From an uncultured Bacillota bacterium (GTDB taxonomy: Bacteria > Bacillota_I > Bacilli_A > RF39 > UBA660), in NCBI GenBank assembly GCA_900317975.1, contig ONIZ01000001.1, positions 135,479 through 199,478 of the forward strand: a stretch of 64,000 nucleotides of DNA. Direction: 5' to 3'. The position numbers and the translations under genes are program-made. Below are positions 35,484 through 44,600 of this stretch, piece after piece; position 1 is the first letter of the stretch, and the number at the start of each line of letters is the position of its first letter. The notes beneath the pieces were generated by a model, which did not search any database, was not told the DNA's origin, and saw only the letters and a program-made list of their open reading frames with translations.

Positions 35484-36473
35484 ATGACTATGGATAGAAT
35501 AAGTGTAATTACAACATACTACAATGCAGAGAAATTTGTTATTGATGCTATAAATAGTGTAAACCAGCAAATAGTTGGTGATGATTTTGAAGTTGAATAT
35601 GTATTAGTAAATGACAAGACTCCAGACAATACTCATAAACTAGTACAGGATTTTGTCAATAAGGTTGGAAATCCTAAGATAGACTTCAAACTTGTGGAAC
35701 CTGATGAGAATCTTGGATGCGGTGGAGCAAGAAAGTTTGGTATTGATAATGCAACAGGTAACTATTTTATGTTCCTTGATGCTGATGACTACTATCTTCA
35801 TACTGACTTCATCCTTAGAGCTTATCATACTATAAAAGAAGAGAATGCAGACATCGTTGAATTTGGTATACTGTTCAATCAACCTAATGGACAGCAAATC
35901 AATAATACAGCACCACAGAAAATAGTAATAGAAAACAATCCTTCATTAGCAGAGATAGCATTGTTCAAAGACAATCTCATAAAGTTCAATGTATGGTCAA
36001 AGATATATACCAGAGAAATGGTTGAGTCTTATCCATATTCTACAGTAAGAACATTTGAAGATGTACGAACAATACCTATATGGATAAGCAATGCTAAGAA
36101 AATAGTAATAATGCCAAATACAGAAATCAATTACAGGGCTGCTGGAGGATCTATCATTCGTACTAATATGGTTGATACACGGCTTGGTACTATTACAGCA
36201 ATTGCAGAATTGTTTGAACGTTTCAAGGGAGATTTGAATGTAATGAAGGCAATGTATGGAAGAGCAATGGTAGACTTAGAAGCAATTCTTCATAATCATT
36301 CATCTAATGATGAAGGGTTCAATGAAATGTCAAGACTAAATACAAAGATGCTTGCTTACATATATCCTGACAAATACAAGACAATGACATTCCATATTGA
36401 GGATGAACAAAATATGCAAAATCAGGGAGGTAAGACTCCTCAAGAAAAAAAGGATGATTTGGAAATCATATAA
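35484..36473 (+). CDS. family 2 glycosyltransferase
   Basis: ISVITTYYNAEKFVIDAINSVNQQ ... EYVLVNDKTPDNT ... GCGGARKFGIDNATGNYFMFLDADDYY. An AAGAGGAG Shine-Dalgarno-like sequence lies upstream. Confidence 0.8.
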   Translation: MTMDRISVITTYYNAEKFVIDAINSVNQQIVGDDFEVEYVLVNDKTPDNTHKLVQDFVNKVGNPKIDFKLVEPDENLGCGGARKFGIDNATGNYFMFLDADDYYLHTDFILRAYHTIKEENADIVEFGILFNQPNGQQINNTAPQKIVIENNPSLAEIALFKDNLIKFNVWSKIYTREMVESYPYSTVRTFEDVRTIPIWISNAKKIVIMPNTEINYRAAGGSIIRTNMVDTRLGTITAIAELFERFKGDLNVMKAMYGRAMVDLEAILHNHSSNDEGFNEMSRLNTKMLAYIYPDKYKTMTFHIEDEQNMQNQGGKTPQEKKDDLEII

Positions 36474-36497
36474 AAATATATTTTAAGCTTAAAAAAT

Positions 36498-36962
36498 ATG
36501 AAAATGACAACAAATGATATTGTATTAAGACATAATTTTGTAAGTCAAATACAATTCAAAGATGGTAATTCACAACTTAGTAAAGATCTAAAGATCAAAC
36601 TTATGAGCATGCGTATTGAATACGGAAAGGTACATAAGGAATTTGATAATGATGTTCAAGAATTTACAAAGGGAATTATTTCAGAACGATTTAATGAACT
36701 TCAAAGAAAACAAGATCGTACTGAAGAAGAAAACACAGAATTAAACAACTTGACAGCAGAATATAATGCTATGACAGTTGACTATATCAATAAGCTTGCC
36801 GCTGAAACTCATGAAGTAAAAGAATATGCATTTAATATTGATGAATATTCTGAGATTCTTGAGACTAATTCTTCAAATGATGTAGAAATTAATGGGCAGA
36901 AAATCAAAGCACCAGATTTCTTAGAGGCAATTTATGAGATATTTGTAACAAAAGAGGAGTAG
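36498..36962 (+). CDS. hypothetical coiled-coil protein
   Basis: 154-aa ORF, last in the plus-strand block. Confidence 0.5.
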   Translation: MKMTTNDIVLRHNFVSQIQFKDGNSQLSKDLKIKLMSMRIEYGKVHKEFDNDVQEFTKGIISERFNELQRKQDRTEEENTELNNLTAEYNAMTVDYINKLAAETHEVKEYAFNIDEYSEILETNSSNDVEINGQKIKAPDFLEAIYEIFVTKEE

Positions 36963-36981
36963 TTAACTACTCCTCTTTTTT
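36951..36981. terminator. bidirectional terminator
   Basis: aaagaggagtag (36951..36962) pairs with ctactcctcttt (36967..36978). Loop is ttaa, followed by TTT. Confidence 0.7.
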
Positions 36982-37020
36982 ATTATATTTTATTATAATT
37001 ATAAACTATAAGCTATAATT

Positions 37021-37863
37021 TTAACCACCGATTGTTACAGTAAAATATCCTTCTCCAATAATTAGATCTCCATCAGCATTAGAAAGTTTTGTATCTGCTA
37101 AAGTTATATTAGCAGGAGATACGTCAACTAATAAAGTATCAGCAGAGCCTAATGTAGGTGTACCAGCAGGTGTTAATGTTCCAGTAAAAGTATATCTAGT
37201 TGTACCCGATATACTTCCACTAGTTCCAGATGTATATTCCACTAATATAGGACCACCTTGACCAGATGCTCTATATGTTATATATGTAGCAGGTGTATTA
37301 TAATTAATAGCAGTAACATCCCCAAGAGGAGAATACTTGTTACTAAAAGTATTGTAATTTATTTTATGCATAGTTAAAATAATCCATTGATGATTTTCGG
37401 CATTAAAAAACGGTAAATATGGAAATACAACATAAATATATGTCATGTATCCTTCATTAAATGCAAATGTTGATCCATCAGGTTTAATATGATCAAAATT
37501 AACAAATGTATAAGGAATAAATTCATATCCGTGTGTTGTCAATAAGTCTTGATATTGAGATACTGCTTCTGATCTAGATGTTGCAGTTATGATCCAACCC
37601 CATTGAACTCCTATAGCCCATTTAAAATTATTAATTAAATAACCTTGATATCTATTTGTTGCATTAGTTGATCTTAGAAATTGAATTCCAATCTTACATA
37701 CATATAAATTATTTATATTACACCATTGAACTTGGTATGATCTGCTAAATCCTCTTCCACTTAATGTTATTGTTTCAATTGAATTATTTGCAGGTCTAGT
37801 AGACTTAGGTAATAATATTCCACTTTCTCCATAATAAAAACTTAGTAAAGTTGCTGAAGACAT
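37021..37863 (-). CDS. fibre-operon protein. Its frame stays open upstream to 38010, so it may be the C-terminal part of a -1 frameshift fusion.
   Basis: 280-aa ORF. The 49 codons upstream of its first ATG contain no stop and no alternative start (see finding at 37861..38013). Confidence 0.55.
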   Translation of the reverse strand: MSSATLLSFYYGESGILLPKSTRPANNSIETITLSGRGFSRSYQVQWCNINNLYVCKIGIQFLRSTNATNRYQGYLINNFKWAIGVQWGWIITATSRSEAVSQYQDLLTTHGYEFIPYTFVNFDHIKPDGSTFAFNEGYMTYIYVVFPYLPFFNAENHQWIILTMHKINYNTFSNKYSPLGDVTAINYNTPATYITYRASGQGGPILVEYTSGTSGSISGTTRYTFTGTLTPAGTPTLGSADTLLVDVSPANITLADTKLSNADGDLIIGEGYFTVTIGG

Positions 37864-37988
37864 ATTTGATGATGCTGTTAACCAAGAAATATTTGATTGT
37901 GATCCACCAACACGTGTAGATGTTAAATCAACAGTATGTTGAAATATACAACTACCATTATGATAAACGGGGATTACTATATTATAAT

Positions 37989-38645
37989 TTAAATAACCGC
38001 CCCCCCGTAATTATAATACATTGTTGAATTACTATTATTAGATGTATAAGTCATCTTTATTATAGGTATATCTGTAGCAGAAGAGTTTGACATATTACCA
38101 TGATACCGTAGAGTTATAGCTCCTCTATAATATGGACCTAATGAAAATTGTCCTTGTGAATAGAAGAGCCCATTCTTTGGATTCATTTCATAATAATCTG
38201 TACTATTTGTATTTAATGGCTCTCGATTAAATGGATATAAATACAAACCACCAGCCTCAAAAATATTACCAAACCTATCAGCTCCTGAACTAGAGTCATC
38301 AATTGATAATCCTCCTGTATTATCTATATAGATATCAGCATCAATAAAACCTTGTGTCTGGAATGCGGTATCTCGCCAAGAATATAATTCTCCATCTTTT
38401 ATTAATATATTCTTGCTACTATCATAAAAATCACTAGTACTTAGTGGATCACCAGTATGATGGCAAACAAAAAAATGAACTTCATTTATTCCAGTAAAAT
38501 CAGCTTCATTAGCTTCAAAATATTTTCTTGGTATATATCTGTTAGAATCTGCAGAAACTTTAAATACTTTATTTGAAACTCCAGTATAATTTGTCATTAT
38601 TCTACCAATATCACTACCGGTTAAATATTTATCTGTTATTGCCAT
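37989..38645 (-). CDS. fibre-operon protein that ends just after a G7 tract
   Basis: 218-aa ORF ending ...YYNYGGAVI. It overlaps the giant fibre gene by 17 nt. Confidence 0.55.
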   Translation of the reverse strand: MAITDKYLTGSDIGRIMTNYTGVSNKVFKVSADSNRYIPRKYFEANEADFTGINEVHFFVCHHTGDPLSTSDFYDSSKNILIKDGELYSWRDTAFQTQGFIDADIYIDNTGGLSIDDSSSGADRFGNIFEAGGLYLYPFNREPLNTNSTDYYEMNPKNGLFYSQGQFSLGPYYRGAITLRYHGNMSNSSATDIPIIKMTYTSNNSNSTMYYNYGGAVI

Positions 38646-41600
38646 ATATTAATGTTTCTAAATAACTAATTTTCTTATCTTGTTCTTTTACCTTTTCAAT
38701 TAATGCACCTACTAATTTAGATAATGCTGAATTATAGTTAACTGAATATGTATAACTTTCATAACTATAGTCTACTGCTTCAGGTATAACATATGATAGT
38801 TCTTGAGCAATAAAACCTGTAGCATGCTTATTAGAAGAAATCCAGTCAAATTCTTTTACAATGTTAGAATAAGAACTAAATATATTATTTATGAATTCAT
38901 CAGATATTGGTTTTATGTTTTTCTTCAATTTCTTATCTGATGCTGAATATACATCATTACCCTTAAAATATGGTGCACCAGCATAAATAGATAGAATTGT
39001 ACCTGAACTTGAACCTTGACTTGTGCTACCTAATAAATAATATTGGGTACTTGATGAAGCCGTTATAATATATATTTGATCTGCTTCAGATGCCAGTCCA
39101 TTAAAATAATTTGCAGTAATTGTACCTGTTGATGGATTTGCTTTAATACTAGAACAAAAACGAGTTTCATCAGTAATTGTTGCAGTTGCAGTTGTATACT
39201 TGAACAACATTGGATAATTATAGTTTCCTGTTGTTTGCCATTGTTTTACTTTAGGCGGGATCCAAGCAAATGTTCCAGCTGTATATGATAGCATATATGA
39301 ACTATTTGCATCATTTTTGGCTGGTGCTGTTATAAAGCCTGTTGCACCTGCGCCTGTTTGATATAATAATTGATTCTTAGCACCTCCTGATATATTTGTA
39401 GCATTTGTAGCATTTGTTGCATTTGTTGCATTAACTGCATTAGTAGCACTTGTAGCAGATGAAGCTAAAGCATCTAAAGTACAATTTAATGTTCCCGTTA
39501 AGTTAACTGTATTAGAACCAATTGTAGTTGTTGTTGGTAATGCAGTAGCACCTGCAGAAGTAGATGAATATAGATTAAAATAATTATATCCATTACCACC
39601 CCATGAGCCTCCATCAATAAACTTAAATGCTAATGAATTATATCGGCCGGTTAATTTTGCCCATACTTCAAATGTCACAGAATCAGATCCATTAAAGTAT
39701 AATAGTTTAAAATTATCTAATGGTAATCCACTTGAAAGCGCATGGAATTTTATAGCAGACGCAGCATATTGATTAGAACTACTATTACATTGTACATATA
39801 ATATTCCTGATATAGTTGATTGTCTTCCACATGATACATGTAATTTTATCCATCTATAATTAGTTCCTGTTAAGTTAATATCTGCAATCTTATAATAATC
39901 ATCTGCAGCTGCAGTAGAATTATATACTACTGAATATAATTTAGTCACTGTTGGCACTCCACTGGATAAATATATAGGCTGTACACTATTACCAACAGAA
40001 GCTGTTCCAAGTTTAGTTGCAGTTGTAGCAGTACCTAAGAATGATGGGGCTGTAATGCTTCCCTTAACCCATAGATTACCAGTATTAGAGCTTAACTCCA
40101 TCATATTTGAGATAGCTGAACCAGCAGCATTAGCAGAGCTTTCCCATATCCATCCATAACCAGCAGCATTTTCTATAATACTTCTCATAGCCCATGATGT
40201 TACAACTGTTCCAGCTGGATGTGCCGCACCACCAGGAGACTTATCTTTATTAGACATATATTCAATCCATGTGTTATATGCTCTATTATAGAAATGTATA
40301 CCATACGATGTTTTATGATATTGAGTATCTAAATATAATGCTCCTCTTATATAGCTATTGCCATTTACATCTAATGTTTCTGCTGGTACACGTATTCCTA
40401 CACCAAGTTTTGGATTAATTGAAACTCCTTGTCCTGCATTTACTAAATCAATATATACTTCATCACCACCTCCAGAGGTATTATTACTAATACGCATATC
40501 TAATGATTCATTACCAGAAGTTGCCGCTGAACCTATTCTAAAATTAACAGAATCATTATATGCACGTGTTATTTGAATTGGCCATTGAGTAGCATTACCT
40601 CCAAATATTCCAGTATAAGCATAGACATTCTTCCATTTTAATGTAGATGATCCAATATTATAAGTATTATTTATTGCTGGTGTAATAGAATTATAGTTAT
40701 CAAATACAGTTTTCCATACTCCCCATGTTCCACTGCTTTGACCTCTTATTTGCATCATTCTACCAGATGCATTTGCAGATGTTGGTAAGAAAAGCTGAGC
40801 ATCCCATCCAGCATTATTATCCCAGTTAAAATGTAATATATGACCATCAGACAATGGCTTATTAGAAGTTGTAGAACTAGTTACTTTAAATGATATTATA
40901 CTTCCATCTCCTAATGTTGTCTTATTAATATCTGTTGTTGAGTATCGATCTTCATATAAACTTAGTTTTGTAGCATTGGTTGCATTAGCAGCATTATAAT
41001 TAACAGCAGGATTTTCTTTTGTTATTTCTACGGTTCCACTTAATGTTGTTTCAAGACCAATTTCCCATCCATTATTCCATTTATCATAATCATCTCCACC
41101 ATGTCCAACATGAATATCTTTTAGCCAAACTCTTACATAAGACCATGCAGTATTAGTTTCTCCAATCCAGACAATATTTCTTGTACCTCCACTATCATGA
41201 CCAAATCTAACTGTTAAATTTCCATAATCATTCAAGTCATCTCTTAGTGAATATACACTAGTATTTTTCCATAGACCATCAGTATATACATATCCATTAA
41301 TATGATATGTTGAAGATCTTGAGGTGACATAATTATATATTTCAACAGTAAACTTCATCATTGTTGCTTGTTTATATCCAGTAATTGGAAGTTTAATAGC
41401 AATTGCACCACTACCACTATTTGGTCCTTTAAAATAATGGGCATTTGGATAAACAACCGTATGATTATCTCCGACACTTAATGCATATGAAGTTCCTTCA
41501 ACATGAGATGTACCAGTTACATATAGATTATATGATGGTGTTGTTCCTGTATCTATAGCAGTATTAACATAAAGTGATTGTTTTTTCATTTGTACTGTTG

Positions 41601-44600
41601 GTACTTCAATTGCAGAACTATACCAGTTACTACTATCTGTTAAATCATTACCGCATTTAAATATGAAACTTGTAATAGCATTCTTATTAGCAAAAACCAA
41701 TGCTTCATTACCATTAGTCATATATTCAATTTTTGAATTATAGTTTGCATTACCGGGTCTGAAATTAATTGCTACTTTATTAGGTGTAAATGTCAATAGA
41801 CCTTCATTTGTAGTTCCAAGATTTGTGTAAGAAACACCAAGATAATTTGTATTAGTAATACCAACTACAGCAAGTGTTTTAGAACCCGGATTCCATGTAA
41901 AATAATCAAATGATTTATATAATTGATTTGCTGTTGAAGTTGTTTGGGTTCTTGTATTTGCCCATACTATAGGATAATTAGTATTTGAAGTAATATTATG
42001 GTTTACTATAACATTAGTAGCATTTGTAGCATTTAATGATGTTGTAACATCCTCACTAACAAATTGTGTTTCATCAGCAGGAATAGTAGTAAATATATAA
42101 GTATTATCTACAGTATTACTACTACTTGTAAATAAATTCCAATTATCACTATGAGCTGCCCAAGAACCACTGTCTAATAATCGAATTCTTGCGTGATACC
42201 ATTTTGCAGGAACTTTATAATATAATTTACATATCAAACTATTTGCAGTAACTTTCGTTGTTAATATAAAATCGTCAGGAGTTAAATGTAAATCTTTTAC
42301 AATCCATTTAGCATGTGTGGTAGAAGTGTTAATAGTACTAGCACCAGATTCAACTCTAGCTTGTACATATAATATTCCTCTAGCCCTTTCATAATAACCC
42401 GATACTAAAAATGTTGCAGTAATATTTCTAGTACTTGTATTATTTTCTATTTTTGCTTCAGCCATTAAATGATATGGATTAGTAACACCAGCACCACCAT
42501 CATATCCATTTCCGTAAATAAGATATTTTGCAAATGTAGAAGTACCAGTTAAATCACCCTTGAATGTTCCATTTAATATTGTCTCATCCATCCAAAGTGA
42601 TGGTATTTTCTCTATAGAATTAAGAGTCTTATAATATGTTAAATATGTTGCAGTACCTGTAGCTACTCCTGATTTTAATTCATACGTCATTTCTGTAGGT
42701 ACACCGGCTGCTAGATATATTCCTTTAGTAGCAGATCCTTTATTAGCTGTTCCAAGTTTAGTTGCTGTATCGGCATTACCTTTTAATGCACCTTGGAAAC
42801 AAGTAGCATATGCTGTAGCAGTTGCTGGATTAATTTTAACATTAGTATTATAATATGTAGTATCAGCCGTACCAGATGTTCCATTTGCGGTTTTTCTGAC
42901 TAATATAGGCATTGCATAGTTATATGTTGTTGATGTTTGTATTACTTTAGTGTCGGTATTAGAATCAGATGGCATTGTCATTGTTCTTGTACTCCAACTG
43001 GTTATATGACCATTTGCATCATATGTTATAGTTGGTATAGTAAATGTTCCGCCAAATGATAACGTCGCAGTAGCACTACCCGCAGCAGTACCGGCTGTTA
43101 TATTATTAGTATGTCCAAATTTATTTGATGCTAATGTTATTCCCTTTTCTGCCCCATAAGGAGATAATCCTGTTATATCGCTAGCAGTAACATTAGTACT
43201 TCCCATAATATGTCCTTGAGTATCATATGATATTTTATAAAAACCAGATGCTTTTGTACCACTAAACAACGTGTTATGTGATATAGTAAGATCATTATTA
43301 GATGAAGATACAGTTATACTGGTGCCATTTTTTACATTCATTGCTCCGGTATCAGTTGCAGTTCCTTTCCATGCTGTGCCATTAACTGTAATATTACGCC
43401 ATGTGTTATTATCTGTTGGTGTTATCCAAGTTGGGGCTTTATTTGGTCCTTCACTTTTTAGAATTTGGCCTACTGTACCGGATACTATAGGAGCATATGC
43501 AATTATTGTTGTACCACTTTTAGCTGCTCCATTTAATGTTACATTAGTACCTCCTGCATATGCTGTACATTGCGCAACTCTTCCATAAGGACTTAAATAT
43601 ATTGGAGTAAAAGCATTACCAAGAGCATTATTATTTCCTGCATGAACAGCATACATGTCTGCATTAAAACTTGGTAAATAGAATGTCTTATTATATCCAA
43701 CATTATACTGAATTACATTTGTATAGTTAGCTGTTGTACCATATAATCTTAATACACCTCGAGCATTATTAAAACCATTTTGTACAGGTGTATTATCATT
43801 AGATACATTTGCTGTTTCAACATTTACAATATTATTTCCTAATTCTAATAATCCTTCTCCTACTGTTCCCTTCTTAGATGCTGTTGATGCAGTACCTAAT
43901 ACACTAATGGTCATTTTACCATATTGATTATTCTTTCCATAAACAACAAATCCACTTGTATTAACAGTTCCCATATTACTTAAAAACCATGAAGAAGTTT
44001 CAAAAGTATTAGGAGAAAATGTTGTTCCATCTATATAAAGTCTTGGTTTGATAGTTCTTGAAGCATATTCATAATCGTCATGATTAGTATTTGTTGCTCC
44101 TGTAATTGTAAGTCTACCTTTATAGTTATTAATAATTCTTGCAGAAAAATCTAGACCAGTATATGCATAGTGAAAATCTATATATGGAGTATCATGAGAT
44201 AATTCTATTGATCCAATATTGATGAATGTTCCTTTTGCTGCACTATTTGTTGCTGTATAATTTGTGGCACCAACTAATAATGATGTTGTAAAAAATCCAG
44301 ATTTAAATCTAAAATTAGTAAGTCCAATTGTATAAGCATCATTAGTTTGGGCAGTTATATTTTGAAATACACTTAATCCTTGTACTTGAAATTTTCCACT
44401 TTGAGCTGGAACCGCAGTACCATTTATATTGATTGTTGATCCATTTGTAAATATACCTGTCCCAGGACTGATTGCATTAACCGCACTATAGAAAGCTATT
44501 CTATTTGCACTAGCACTATTATTTATTGTAGAATTAATTATATAAGATATTTGAGTAGCTCGTCCATTTTCAGCTACATATATTGGTCTGTTTGTTGCTC

